From positions 1,234-65,233 of the forward strand of contig DASQJL010000096.1 in the NCBI GenBank assembly GCA_035631035.1: a stretch of DNA of 64,000 nucleotides. The letters run 5' to 3'. A model generated the notes under the pieces. The model had not been told where the DNA came from, searched no databases, and saw nothing but the letters and a program-made list of their open reading frames with translations. Of this stretch, positions 28,242 to 38,184 are shown in pieces. The DNA is from Candidatus Binatia bacterium. GTDB taxonomy: Bacteria > Eisenbacteria > RBG-16-71-46 > SZUA-252. Numbering within the stretch: position 1 is the stretch's first letter; every line of letters begins with the position of its first letter. A program made the translations under genes and the position numbers.

Positions 28242-29810
28242 TCAAGCGCGCGGCGACGGGGCCGGCTCGGCGCGACGGCCCAGCCGGGAAGCGAGGTCGC
28301 GCTCCCGGGACGCTGCCGAGGCATAGCCCTCGTGCTCCAGCACCAGGGCCTCGGCGCGATGGCTCCCCTCGTAGGCGGCGTCCACGCGCAGCATCGCCTC
28401 GGCGGCGTCGGAGGCGACCTCCCACGCTCCGGCCTCGCGCGCGAGGCGGCCCGCCCACTCCAGCTCGAAGAGCGTGAGCGCGCGCGCCGGATCGCCGCGT
28501 GAGGGCGCGCCGGCGGCCGCGTCCCGAACGGCCTGCTCCAGGGCGTCGGCGCGCGGCACGGTCGCGCCCGTCGCCGCGGGGATCGCCAGCGCTTCGCGAC
28601 GCGCGGCCTCGATCTCGCCCCGCATCTCCTCGTCACGCCGCAGGGCGCGCAGCGCCCAGGCGGCGCGGACGTGTCCCGCGACCCGGGTTGCCGAGGAGGG
28701 ATCGCGGGTCATCGCGCGGGCCAGCCGGAGCGCTTCGGCCCAGCGCCCGGCGGCGATCAGGTCGCCCGGCAGCTCGAGCGATTCGCGCGCGAGGAGCGTG
28801 GAGACCACCCCGTCCGGCGCATCCGGCCGCGCTCGTGGTGGCACCGTCCGACGTCCCTCGTCCTGGGCCACCGCGGCCATGAGATTCAGATTGTGGCTGT
28901 GGTGCCAGTCGTAGCGGGGCTCGATGCCTTCGTTCCGGTAGTAGGCGCGCTCCATGGCGTCGGCCCTCCGGAACTGCGCGACGGCTTCGGCGATCCGTCC
29001 CGCGCGCCGAAGCGCGTGCCCCCACATGTGCGCGGCATGCGGGATCGACGGCGCGAGGCGCGCGTATTCCGCGCCGTGAGCCAGCGCGCTGTCGGCGATC
29101 CCCAGCCCCTCGTAGGTGTGCGTCAGGAAATGGTGGGCCGAGGCGTGGTCGGGGATCAGCCGGAGCACGTGCCGGTAATAGGAGATCGAGGCCTCGGTCC
29201 CCAGCTGGCCGCGACCGGCCGGGCTCGGCTCCTCGGCGTTCCCGCGCAAGAGGAGGAGTCCGATGTCGTCGGGATCCGATGCGAGCGCCTCATCCAGGGC
29301 CTTCTTGTACGCGCGGAACTTCCGTTCGTTCTTGGGATCGTCCATGGCCTCGAGCTGCTTCGCGCGGATCGCGATGCGCCGCCGTTCGCGCGGGCTCGCC
29401 TCCGACTGCAGCGTCCGGGCGGCCGCCAGCTCCTGCTTCGCGGCCGAGGCGTCCTCCAGCCCCGTGAACGAGCGGCTCAGGCCGATGTGCGCCATGGCGA
29501 GGCGAGGATCGAGCCGGAGCGCCTGGTGGAACGATCGCGCGGCCTCCACCCAGACGTACGACTCCAGGTAGTCCAGCCCCTGATCGTAGAGGGCCTGGGC
29601 CTCCGAGGACGTCGTGGTGACCGGCTCATGCGAGTTGCCGATGCCGGAACGCAGCCCGACGGGGCGCTCGAGGATGGAATCGGGGACGCCCCCGTGCGCC
29701 CGGGCATCGGCGGGCGACGCCGGGGCCGCGCCGGCCGGAATCGCCGCGATCCAGAGGACGCAAACGGCGCCGATGCGGCGAAGGCAGCGATCGAGGGCAT
29801 TCGGGAACAT
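28242..29810 (-). CDS. Secreted TPR-repeat protein
   Basis: Start MFPNALDRCLRRIGAVCVLWIAAIPAGAAPA (signal). Multiple TPR-like helical repeats (AQALYDQGLDYLESYVWVEAARSFHQALRLDP...). Confidence 0.7.
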   Translation of the reverse strand: MFPNALDRCLRRIGAVCVLWIAAIPAGAAPASPADARAHGGVPDSILERPVGLRSGIGNSHEPVTTTSSEAQALYDQGLDYLESYVWVEAARSFHQALRLDPRLAMAHIGLSRSFTGLEDASAAKQELAAARTLQSEASPRERRRIAIRAKQLEAMDDPKNERKFRAYKKALDEALASDPDDIGLLLLRGNAEEPSPAGRGQLGTEASISYYRHVLRLIPDHASAHHFLTHTYEGLGIADSALAHGAEYARLAPSIPHAAHMWGHALRRAGRIAEAVAQFRRADAMERAYYRNEGIEPRYDWHHSHNLNLMAAVAQDEGRRTVPPRARPDAPDGVVSTLLARESLELPGDLIAAGRWAEALRLARAMTRDPSSATRVAGHVRAAWALRALRRDEEMRGEIEAARREALAIPAATGATVPRADALEQAVRDAAAGAPSRGDPARALTLFELEWAGRLAREAGAWEVASDAAEAMLRVDAAYEGSHRAEALVLEHEGYASAASRERDLASRLGRRAEPAPSPRA

Positions 29811-29926
29811 GCGAGAGACCACCGATGGACAGGTTCGGAACCGGGCGGGCGCGTGGCCCAACCTGTTTGGATGGAATCGCGACCGGGCGCGATTCAGCGA
29901 TTCCGAGGCCCTAAATGAGTGCGGGG

Positions 29927-31048
29927 CTATTTCTTCCGCGGCTCCTCCAGCCCCTCGTCCGGCCGCCGGTAGGTTCCGCTCCGGATCTGCCGCACCATCG
30001 CGACCAGCTCCTTCGCGGCGTGCCGCGTCTCCTCCTGGAATGCCGCGTCGCGGTCCAGGTCGTCGTGGCTGGTGGCGTAGGGCTCGTAGTAGCCGACGTA
30101 GCGATCGATTCCCGCGACGGGCCCGGCCGGGATCATCTCGAGATCGGTCATCCAGTCCACGAGAATCCGGCGCAGGTTCTCCGCGCCGGCCGCGTCCGCG
30201 TGCACGACCACCGAGAACGCGCGCCCGGCCAGATGCTTCGGGTAGGGCCACCCGGCCAGCTCGATCGCTTTCGCCCTGGCGGCATCCTTCCCGCGGGTCG
30301 TCGTCGGATCGGGATTCCCTCCGTCGGCGCAGACCAGGCGATCGATCATCAGCTTGAGCACGCTGGGCGACTGGTACCAGTTCACCGGCGTCACGATCAT
30401 CACGCCGTGCGCGGCGATCCACATCGGGTAGATGTCCGCCATCCAGTCGTTCACCTGGCCCAGCGCGTGGTTCGGGTAGCAGGAGCACGGCCAGTGGCAG
30501 AGCGGCTGCGCCGTCGAGACGCATGCCTTGCAGGGATAGATCACCAGATGCGCCTCGGCGGTGAGGCGGCTCAGATCCAGGAAGTCCACCTCCACGCCCG
30601 GCTCGCCGGCGATCGCCTCGCGCGCGATCTTCGTCAGGCGATAGGTCTTCGAGATCTCGCCGGGGCAGGTCTGGTCGGTGCGCGCCGAGGCGTTGATGAC
30701 GAGGATGCGCGAAGCGCCGGCGGGGTCGTCGTGCCGTTTCTGAGCCTCGAGGACGCGGCGCCGCGCATCGAGCCACTCCACGGGAAGGGGAAAGCTCGGG
30801 TCGGCGAACTCCGGGCCGGCCGGCTTCGTGCGCGGGCTCTTGCGATACTCGTGGTAGGCCTGCCACGCCACGTCGATGACGCGCTCCAGCTCGCCCGGGA
30901 TCTTCTCGAACGCGGGGTCGTAGGCGCGCGCCAGGATGCGCGCCCGGAAGGTCTCGCGATCCAGGTCGAACTTCTGGTCGCCCTTCACGACCCTTGGCTC
31001 CGGAGCGTCTCCGGCGCCGGCCGCCCTGCCGCTTTCGTCGCCCGTCAT
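29927..31048 (-). CDS. Flavodoxin-like NAD(P)H-dependent FMN reductase / iron-sulfur flavoprotein family
   Basis: ILVINASART nucleotide-binding start. Cys cluster YPCKACVSTAQPLCHWPCSC. Confidence 0.7.
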   Translation of the reverse strand: MTGDESGRAAGAGDAPEPRVVKGDQKFDLDRETFRARILARAYDPAFEKIPGELERVIDVAWQAYHEYRKSPRTKPAGPEFADPSFPLPVEWLDARRRVLEAQKRHDDPAGASRILVINASARTDQTCPGEISKTYRLTKIAREAIAGEPGVEVDFLDLSRLTAEAHLVIYPCKACVSTAQPLCHWPCSCYPNHALGQVNDWMADIYPMWIAAHGVMIVTPVNWYQSPSVLKLMIDRLVCADGGNPDPTTTRGKDAARAKAIELAGWPYPKHLAGRAFSVVVHADAAGAENLRRILVDWMTDLEMIPAGPVAGIDRYVGYYEPYATSHDDLDRDAAFQEETRHAAKELVAMVRQIRSGTYRRPDEGLEEPRKK

Positions 31049-31052
31049 GGGG

Positions 31053-32573
31053 TCAGCTCTCCAGGGGTCTCGGGAAGGTCGTTGCGGCCGGAATGAGCTC
31101 CGCGTCGGGTCCCGGGTCGCGGCGGAGCAGCGTCGCGATCGCGATGCCGAACGAGAGCGCCTGGCCGACCAGCCCCACCATGAGGTCGGCTCGATCCGGC
31201 AGCGGGGGCGCCCCCACGATCAACGCCCACGCCAGCGCGAAGGCGATCACCAGCGGAACGCGGCCGCGAATGCCTCCCGCCAGGTACGTCAGCAGCCAGA
31301 GCGCCGTGACGGTGACGTAGGAGGAGGGGGCGAACGGCGCCCGCAACGAGGCGATCGTCAGGAGCGCGAGCCAGGTGCGCGCCTCGCCCACACGGCTCCG
31401 GAATCCGCGAGCGGCCCTCTGATTGAGCGCGAGGATCGCCAGGGTGAAGAGCCAGACCAACGCGAGGCCCACCCCCCGGCTCATCCCCGGCAGGCCGAGA
31501 AGGGCCAGCTTCGGGACCACGCTCGCGATCGAGAAGTTCCGCGACAGGAAGAAGACAGGCACGCCGGGCCGGTTCACGAAGGAGAACGCCTCGCCGGTGA
31601 CGATGCGCGGCACCTGGAACGTGAAGAAGTCCAGGAGCGGCTTCCACCCCACGACCGGGATCGAGAGGAGCGTGAACCCGGCGAGGAAGGCGACGCTCCA
31701 CCCGGCCGCCGGCCACTGGCGGCGCAGCGCCAGGTAGAGAAGGAACATCGCCGGAAAGACTTTCCCGAGGATCGCGAACGCGAGCAGGGCTCCGCCCAGT
31801 GCCGCGCGCCGCTCCTCGAACGCGATCATCGCCACCACGGTGAGGCCGACCGCCATCATGTGGAACTGCCCGAACTGGAGATCGAACATCGTCGGGATCG
31901 AGGCGAAGAGCAGGGGCAAAAGCAGCCCCGCCGTCAGCCCGTAGCGTCCGCCGACCCACGCGGCGAGGAGGAGAACGGCCGCCATCAGCGACACGGTCTG
32001 GAGCGCGAACCACGCGGCGCGAATCGCGTCGAAGGAGTTCGTGGCCGCGAGCGCCGCGCGCGGCAGCAGCAGGAAGGGCGACGGGTACTCGTACGGGTCC
32101 TCGATCCAGCGGCTCAGCCCCGCGACCGGAGAGGGAAATCCCGGCGCGCTGTCGACCGGCGCCGTGAAGGCGGGATACCAGCGCGGGTCGTAGATGTTCT
32201 CCTCGCCCCGGCGCGCGAGATCGGCGGCGTGCACGTAGGCGGACAGGCACTGGTGGTTCGAGACGAGCGGGTCGGGAATCGTGGAGCCCCAGAGCCTCGA
32301 GGAGTCGGCCATGAAGGCGGAGAGGCGGCCCATCTGCGCGATCGCCACGAGCGCGAGGAGAAGCCAGGCCGCGGCCACGAGCGGGCGCCGCCGGATGGCT
32401 CCGCGCAGCGATCCCGGAAGACGGCGGGCGCCCCACGGGAGGGCGGCGAAGCAGGCGATCAGGGCCGCGACGGCCAGCGGGACCGATGCCCGTGCCGCGA
32501 TCGGGACGATCACGGCGGCCGCGAGCGCGGAACCGAAGAAGGCGACGGTCCACTGCTCGAGGCTGGGGCGCAT
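31053..32573 (-). CDS. Integral membrane glycosyltransferase family 87 / DUF2029 protein
   Basis: About 12 TM helices. Start MRPSLEQW... overlaps the NUDIX stop by 1 nt. Alpha-mannosyltransferase-like pattern. Confidence 0.7.
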   Translation of the reverse strand: MRPSLEQWTVAFFGSALAAAVIVPIAARASVPLAVAALIACFAALPWGARRLPGSLRGAIRRRPLVAAAWLLLALVAIAQMGRLSAFMADSSRLWGSTIPDPLVSNHQCLSAYVHAADLARRGEENIYDPRWYPAFTAPVDSAPGFPSPVAGLSRWIEDPYEYPSPFLLLPRAALAATNSFDAIRAAWFALQTVSLMAAVLLLAAWVGGRYGLTAGLLLPLLFASIPTMFDLQFGQFHMMAVGLTVVAMIAFEERRAALGGALLAFAILGKVFPAMFLLYLALRRQWPAAGWSVAFLAGFTLLSIPVVGWKPLLDFFTFQVPRIVTGEAFSFVNRPGVPVFFLSRNFSIASVVPKLALLGLPGMSRGVGLALVWLFTLAILALNQRAARGFRSRVGEARTWLALLTIASLRAPFAPSSYVTVTALWLLTYLAGGIRGRVPLVIAFALAWALIVGAPPLPDRADLMVGLVGQALSFGIAIATLLRRDPGPDAELIPAATTFPRPLES

Positions 32574-33061
32574 CAGAATCCGGTCTCGATCGGCTCCGAC
32601 GGCAACCCTCCTTCGATCAGGTCCGCGACCAGCGATCCCAGCCGCATCGGGGCGAATTCCTTCGATTCGGCCGGGAGCTCCGCGAGGGGCCACCAGCGGA
32701 GCTCGGCCATCGCCTCCCGCTCGGACGGCACCGGATTGCGCGAGGTGTCGGGCTCGAACCGATCGGCGCGGACCAGGTAGAAGTGCTCGCGCTCATTCAC
32801 CCACTGGCCGGCCCAGCGGTAGCGGCCGTGACGGACCCAGACCTGGGCGCCGATGTCGAGATCGCCTCGTCCCAGCTCTTCCTCCAGCTCCCGGCGCAGC
32901 GCTTCGCGGTGCGTCTCGCCGGGGGCGATGCCCCCTCCCGGCGTGATCCAGAGCCTCCGGTCCGGAACGACGAGGTGGATCAGGAGCAGCGCGGGATCGG
33001 GCGTCAGGATCAGCGCGCGCACGCACTCACGCAAGCGAAACGTCGGAGCGAACGCGGTCAT
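32573..33061 (-). CDS. NUDIX hydrolase
   Basis: Nudix box GGGIAPGETHREALRRELEEELG. Confidence 0.8.
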   Translation of the reverse strand: MTAFAPTFRLRECVRALILTPDPALLLIHLVVPDRRLWITPGGGIAPGETHREALRRELEEELGRGDLDIGAQVWVRHGRYRWAGQWVNEREHFYLVRADRFEPDTSRNPVPSEREAMAELRWWPLAELPAESKEFAPMRLGSLVADLIEGGLPSEPIETGF

Positions 33062-33071
33062 GCGATGGCGT

Positions 33072-33860
33072 TCAGGGCCGCTTGCGGGCTTTCCAGACTT
33101 CCTCCGACGGCCACTGTCGCGCCCATTCCGCCGTGACGAAGGGATGGCGCGTGGTCGCGCCTTCCGGCGGGCGCACCTCGACGAGGTCCTCCACTTCGAA
33201 TCCGGCACCGCGCAGGATCCGGAACCATTCGCCGTGGCTCTTGTGGAACTCGACGCCCGAATCGCCGGGCCAGGCGATCCGCCCCATCCCGAACGCGGGG
33301 CGAAGAAGTCGCTCGCCGGCCGCCTCGGTTTCATCCTCCGGCATGCAGAGCATCAGGAGGAACGCGTTGGTCAGGAAGTGGAGCCGCCCGCCGGGTCGGA
33401 GGAGTCGCGCGGCCTCCGGCACCCATTGCTCCGGATCGGCCCAGAGACACGCCCCGTATTCGGAGATCGCGAAGTCGAACGATGCGTCCGGATAGGGGAC
33501 CGACTCCGCGTTGCCATGGACCAGCGGAAATTCGAGGCCGTGCTCGCGCTGAAGCCGGCGCGCGGTTTCGAGCTGCGTCTCGGAATTGTCGATGCCGACG
33601 ACGCGGGCGCCGCGGCGCGCGAGCCAGGAGGAAACGTACGCCGTGCCGCATCCCAGCTCGATCGCGTCGCGGCCCGAGAGGTCGTCCGGAAGCATTCCGA
33701 TCTCTCGCTCGGGAATGTTCCAGATGCCCCAGGTCGGCTCGCGCGCCGCCCAGTGGCGCTCGCCCGAGGCGACGTAATCGCTCGCTTTCTGGTCCCAGTA
33801 CGTCCGGTTGTGGAGGACGTGCTCCGGAAGCTCCGTCACACGCTTCCCGGTTACATCCAC
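33072..33860 (-). CDS. Class I SAM-dependent methyltransferase
   Basis: Motif I IELGCGTAY. Post-I acidic residue. Confidence 0.75.
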   Translation of the reverse strand: MDVTGKRVTELPEHVLHNRTYWDQKASDYVASGERHWAAREPTWGIWNIPEREIGMLPDDLSGRDAIELGCGTAYVSSWLARRGARVVGIDNSETQLETARRLQREHGLEFPLVHGNAESVPYPDASFDFAISEYGACLWADPEQWVPEAARLLRPGGRLHFLTNAFLLMLCMPEDETEAAGERLLRPAFGMGRIAWPGDSGVEFHKSHGEWFRILRGAGFEVEDLVEVRPPEGATTRHPFVTAEWARQWPSEEVWKARKRP

Positions 33861-34363
33861 GGCTCGTCCGCGGTCGGTCCATAGATCGAGGGCACCTTGC
33901 CTCCCGCCATGCGGAGGTAGATGGAGAACTGCCCTCGATGGTGGATCTGATCGTGGAGCAGGAACCAGCAGACGTTCATGCGCGGGATGTCGCCCATCTG
34001 TTTCGGGCCGACGAAGAAGCGGACCGTCTCTTGAAGTTTCTCCTCCGGCATCGACCGGATCAGGTTGCCGAACTCGCGATGGGCGTCCTCGACGGCCTCG
34101 ATCAGCTCGAACCAGGAGCTGGGCGCGGGCGGAGGGTTGCCCGAGGGGGCGCTGCTCGCAAACGCGTCGTTCATGAGCATCACGCCCAGGCCGCGTTCCA
34201 GCTTGAAGACCCAGGCCAGCTCGCGCGCGGTCTTCGACATGGCGTGGGGCCGGAGATCCAGCTTGTCCTCGGGGTAGGCGTGGAGGATACGCATGGTGCG
34301 CTGGTGCTCGTCTTCGTAGACGGCCAGGAACTGCTCTTTATGGGAATGGGTGATGGTCGCCAT
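33851..34363 (-). CDS. DinB family (damage-inducible, four-helix-bundle metal-binding) protein
   Basis: HDQIHHRGQ signature. Confidence 0.8.
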   Translation of the reverse strand: MATITHSHKEQFLAVYEDEHQRTMRILHAYPEDKLDLRPHAMSKTARELAWVFKLERGLGVMLMNDAFASSAPSGNPPPAPSSWFELIEAVEDAHREFGNLIRSMPEEKLQETVRFFVGPKQMGDIPRMNVCWFLLHDQIHHRGQFSIYLRMAGGKVPSIYGPTADEPWM

Positions 34364-34476
34364 GGGGCAGGCTCCTAACGCCGCGCCCGGGGCGCGGACG
34401 GGAAGAGACTAGTTCGCGATCGATCGGAGCCGGGGGCTGCTCCCGGGTCGGAATCGGATCGTAACTCGATTGTCGC

Positions 34477-35061
34477 CTATGGGCGGGGCGGCTTGGAAGC
34501 GGGATAGAGGGTGCCCACCTGGCGCTCCCGATGGGCCGCGAACAGCGTTCGTTCGACCGCTCGCGCCGTGACGTCGAGCTCCGCCGCCACGCCCCGAAGC
34601 ACGTGGAGGAACTGGAACCACTGATCGAGGGTGAGCCCGGCGCCCCGGGCATTGCCCCGCACGGCGCCCATCGCGTGCAGCAGCTGCCACACGCGAATGT
34701 CGATCACGCCGTAGCGCCCGGGCTCGAGCATAGTGAGCACCGCGGAGGCCGAGGGGGCGGAGACGCCCCTCAGCGAGAGCAGGCGCTCGAAGCGCTCCCG
34801 CTCCTCCACGCTCCGGATCGCCGCTTCCGTGGCGGTGCGGACGCGGCGCGCGCCGTTTTCGCGGACGAGTCCCGTGGATCGCGGGGATTTCCAGCGGCAG
34901 ATCCGGATCAGCTCCCCCCTCGTGAGGTAGCCGCGGACGTTCGCGGGACGCACCGCTTCGATCAGGGAGGAAGTCGCCGGGTCCTCGACGGCGATCATCC
35001 GCTCCCGCACGAGCGCGATCAGGGAAGGTTCGGGGCGCGAGCCTGCGATCACGCCCCGCAT
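34477..35061 (-). CDS. Hypothetical protein with a helix-hairpin-helix-like motif
   Basis: LLSLRGVSAPSASAVL resembles the HhH LxxLxGVGxxTA motif. Its start is 6 nt after the DUF3037 stop. Confidence 0.5.
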   Translation of the reverse strand: MRGVIAGSRPEPSLIALVRERMIAVEDPATSSLIEAVRPANVRGYLTRGELIRICRWKSPRSTGLVRENGARRVRTATEAAIRSVEERERFERLLSLRGVSAPSASAVLTMLEPGRYGVIDIRVWQLLHAMGAVRGNARGAGLTLDQWFQFLHVLRGVAAELDVTARAVERTLFAAHRERQVGTLYPASKPPRP

Positions 35062-35067
35062 CCGCGG

Positions 35068-35466
35068 TCAGCTTCGCCGCGGCGTCCGGACCATCGTCTC
35101 GAGCAGGTGCTCGAGGAGTGCGGCCGGGTCCGTGCAGGCGCCGGTGTGGACGGCCGAGGTCTGGATGACCGTGCTGCGCGGCGCGGTGAGCCAGCGGAAG
35201 CGCTCCCGCTTCGAGAGGGCCCCGATCGGTCCCGCGGAGGGGCCGCCCGCGCAGATCGCGGGGAGGGTCGCCAAGTGGGCGCGGATCGTCGCAAGGTCGG
35301 CGCCGGGGTCCAGCGCGAGCAGCCGGCCCTCGTCCAGCTCGATGCGGGCCTCCAGGAAGTCGCTCGCCGGGCAGGAGACGATCGCTCCGGCATTGATGAA
35401 CTCCTCCCGCTCCACCTTCGGGACCACGCGGACGATGGCGTAATCGTACGGGCTAGGCTCGGGCAC
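35068..35466 (-). CDS. DUF3037 domain protein
   Basis: N-terminal YDYAIVRVVPKVEREEFINAGAIV matches the DUF3037 signature (Y.Y.V.R.VP...R.EF.N.G.I). It overlaps the kinase-like gene by 14 nt. Confidence 0.7.
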   Translation of the reverse strand: MPEPSPYDYAIVRVVPKVEREEFINAGAIVSCPASDFLEARIELDEGRLLALDPGADLATIRAHLATLPAICAGGPSAGPIGALSKRERFRWLTAPRSTVIQTSAVHTGACTDPAALLEHLLETMVRTPRRS

Positions 35467-36217
35467 GGATCGCCTCTTCCAGGAAGGGCCGCGGCGTCTC
35501 CAGGCGGCGCGCCAGATACTTCACGTAGGCATCGCGATGCTCGGCGGCCGTCGCGAAGGGTGCGTCGACCAGCCAGGTGTCGGGGACCAGCGAGACGATG
35601 CGCCGCAGCTCGTCCGGAGTGACCCGCTTGTCCAGCGCGGCATCGGCTTCCTCCATCCGGGAGGCCGCGGGAAGGAGCACGTGGTCGCGAATCATCGGGA
35701 AGGGATCGCGGCTCCGCTCCAGCCAGTGCTCCCACGTGTGGTGGAAGTAGAGCGCCGATCCGTGGTCGATGAGCCACGTGCGCCGGTGCCACACGAGCAG
35801 GTTGGTATTGCGTGGCGTCCGGTCGATGTTCGTGACGAAGGCGTCGAACCAGACCACCAGGGATGCGAACCCCGGATCCGGCTTCTCCGCCACGGGATCG
35901 AACATGATCGAGCCCGGCAGGTAGTCGAGCGCCAGGTTCAGCCCGCCGCTCGCGCGGATCAGGTCCTGGATCTCCGGGTCGGGTTCCGTGCGCGCGAGGT
36001 CGGGGTCCAGCTCCACGAACACGATCTCCGGAACGGGAAGCCCGGCGGCGCGCGCGATCTCGCCGCACACGAGCTCCGCGATCAGCGCCTTGGCGCCATG
36101 TCCCGCGCCGCGGAACTTGAGCACGTACATGCCGTCGTCGTCGGCTTCGACGATCGCGGGCAGCGAGCCTCCCTCGCGGAGCGGGGTCACGTAGCGCGTG
36201 GCCGCGACCGTGCGCAT
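35453..36217 (-). CDS. HipA-like / PI3-4-kinase-like putative Ser/Thr kinase
   Basis: Gly-rich loop region. Catalytic-loop-like NIDRTPRNTN (DRxxxN). IDHGSA (DFG-like). Fixed pairing with DUF3037. Confidence 0.6.
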   Translation of the reverse strand: MRTVAATRYVTPLREGGSLPAIVEADDDGMYVLKFRGAGHGAKALIAELVCGEIARAAGLPVPEIVFVELDPDLARTEPDPEIQDLIRASGGLNLALDYLPGSIMFDPVAEKPDPGFASLVVWFDAFVTNIDRTPRNTNLLVWHRRTWLIDHGSALYFHHTWEHWLERSRDPFPMIRDHVLLPAASRMEEADAALDKRVTPDELRRIVSLVPDTWLVDAPFATAAEHRDAYVKYLARRLETPRPFLEEAIRARA

Positions 36218-36234
36218 CTAGAGGGCGCGCCGCG

Positions 36235-36666
36235 TCATCGGCCCAGGAACCTGTCGATCTGCCGGCGGTGCCGCAGCACGTGCACGATCGCGTGCTCGAA
36301 GAGCTGCTCGAAGTCATAGATCGGTCCCCAGCGAACGGTCATCTTCATCTCGGTGCATTCCTGGTCCGTCATCTCCCAGTGGCCCTCGAGGGTCTCGGCC
36401 ATGTAGGCGAGCGTCTTCCGCATCTCGGCCGGCGTATCGGCGCGGCGGACCGGTTCGTCCCACCGGACCACGGGCTCCTTCTTCCAGTGCGTCCGCATGT
36501 AGTTCGCGTAGCCGTACCCGGCTCGGACCACGTGCCTCATGATGGTCTGGATCGAGCGGCAATCCTCGTCCTGGGTCGTGGTGTCGCGGACCCGATCGAA
36601 CTCCTCATCCGAGATCCCCTCCAGAATCCGGATCAGCTCCGCCGAGGCGCGCTCGTACTCGTCCAT
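36235..36666 (-). CDS. DinB/YfiT-like (DinB_2 family) protein
   Basis: His triad candidates (IMRHVV, EGHWEM, HAIVHVLRHRRQ). The start could instead be the upstream GTG near 36705. Confidence 0.6.
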   Translation of the reverse strand: MDEYERASAELIRILEGISDEEFDRVRDTTTQDEDCRSIQTIMRHVVRAGYGYANYMRTHWKKEPVVRWDEPVRRADTPAEMRKTLAYMAETLEGHWEMTDQECTEMKMTVRWGPIYDFEQLFEHAIVHVLRHRRQIDRFLGR

Positions 36667-36901
36667 CAACGCGCCGACGGGTCCCTTCCTGTAGGTCTTG
36701 GCCACGGCTCCTCCGCAAGGTGGTGTGTGGGCGGCGATTCTGGCCCAGGAACCGGCCGGAAGCCAAGGGCTGCTTCCAGCCATGGCCCTTCCCGGCGGTG
36801 AAGAATTCTCTGAGCGCGCCGATACCTTGGTAGCGCGCCGGGGGCCGGGGCTCCGCGTGGCGCGCCCTCGCCGCGACCCACCCTGCAACCGGAGCGAAAC
36901 C

Positions 36902-38173
36902 GTGGGCAAGAAGCACCGCTCGTTCAGGATATCGCTGCCCCCCGCCGTGGGCCGGATCGCGAAGGGGGCCCTCAAGAGCAAGCTCCTCATGGTGCTCGTG
37001 GGACTCTTCGTGCTCGGGTTCATCGCGGGAAAGCAGTCCGAGCCCGATCCCACCGGCGCGCCGTTCGAGGAGTTGTTCGAGAACCTGAGCGTCGTATCCT
37101 ACCGCGACTCTCCCTCGGACTCGGCCTCGCACTTCATGGTCGAGCTGTCCGCGCGCGGCAAGGTCTTCCGCGAGTACGACGTGGACGAGCAGCGTTTCGT
37201 GGAGCCCGCCCGCGGCCGCGACTACCGGCGCATGATCGGCGCCACTCGCTATGAGCCGCTCGTCGTGCGCGGCCACGTGGACCGCGGCTTCTGGCTGGAG
37301 CTGTCCAACCAGAAGAGCCCCGAGATCCTGCCCGACCAGTTCCAGGAGATGTACCAGACCACGCTGGACTACGTGAAACCGGTGTCGGTCATCGCCTCGA
37401 TCGCGGGGACGCTCTCCGGCTATTCCGTCGGATACCGCGCCGGCACGTGGGGCACCTCGCTCGCCAATCCCGCCGTGCAGAAGCGGGTGCTGTCGACCGC
37501 GGGCGTCGGGCGGATGATCACGCGCGAGGCCTGGCGCCGCGTGCTCCTGGAGCCCGTGGTGATGGGGCACGAGAGCGACCCCGAGCGGTTCGCCGCGGCG
37601 CGCGAGACCCAGCGGATCTACACGAACTTCTTCCGGCTCGCGCTGGCCGACAGCAACGACTTCATCCATGACGAGGCCCGGCGGCTCGACGCCGCGGGCT
37701 ACACGCGCGAGGCGATCGCCATGCTGGAGTTCACCTACTCGGCGCTGCGAGCGGCCGACGACACCGTGCACCTCGAGAGCGCCGATTTCCGGGCCGTCGA
37801 GGAATGGGCCAGCCTGATCGCGCACCGCGGCCACTGGGCGCCCACGTCGATCCCCGCATCGGGCGAGGCGCGCGTGCGCTACCTGGGGACCCTGGCCTAC
37901 TACGGCCTGACGCCGGTCGCCGACGACGCGCATCGGGTCTGGGTCGGGCCGCGCGTGCTGGTGAAGGATGGCGAGGAGGAGGGGTTCGTGGCGGACGAGA
38001 TCCCCTCGATCCGCGCCGCGTGTCCCTTGACGTGGCAGGACTGGCTGCGCCACGACACCACCGGGATGAGCAGCAACGAGTGGACGGCGCAGTGGATGAG
38101 GGAATCGAAGCAGCTCGCGCAGATGGTGAGTTTCGGAAAGCAGGTCGTGCGGCAGATGCAGCCCGCGCGGTAG
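36902..38173 (+). CDS. Membrane-anchored hypothetical protein (423 aa)
   Basis: GTG start after GGAG. A single N-terminal TM (LLMVLVGLFVLGFIAG) followed by a soluble domain with no recognisable motif. Confidence 0.55.
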   Translation: MGKKHRSFRISLPPAVGRIAKGALKSKLLMVLVGLFVLGFIAGKQSEPDPTGAPFEELFENLSVVSYRDSPSDSASHFMVELSARGKVFREYDVDEQRFVEPARGRDYRRMIGATRYEPLVVRGHVDRGFWLELSNQKSPEILPDQFQEMYQTTLDYVKPVSVIASIAGTLSGYSVGYRAGTWGTSLANPAVQKRVLSTAGVGRMITREAWRRVLLEPVVMGHESDPERFAAARETQRIYTNFFRLALADSNDFIHDEARRLDAAGYTREAIAMLEFTYSALRAADDTVHLESADFRAVEEWASLIAHRGHWAPTSIPASGEARVRYLGTLAYYGLTPVADDAHRVWVGPRVLVKDGEEEGFVADEIPSIRAACPLTWQDWLRHDTTGMSSNEWTAQWMRESKQLAQMVSFGKQVVRQMQPAR

Positions 38174-38184
38174 GGCCCCGTCCG

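Noticed and set aside
36605-38053. 482-aa minus-strand ORF
   Set aside because: It is antisense to the 36902-38173 + gene and the DinB_2 gene and has no motifs.
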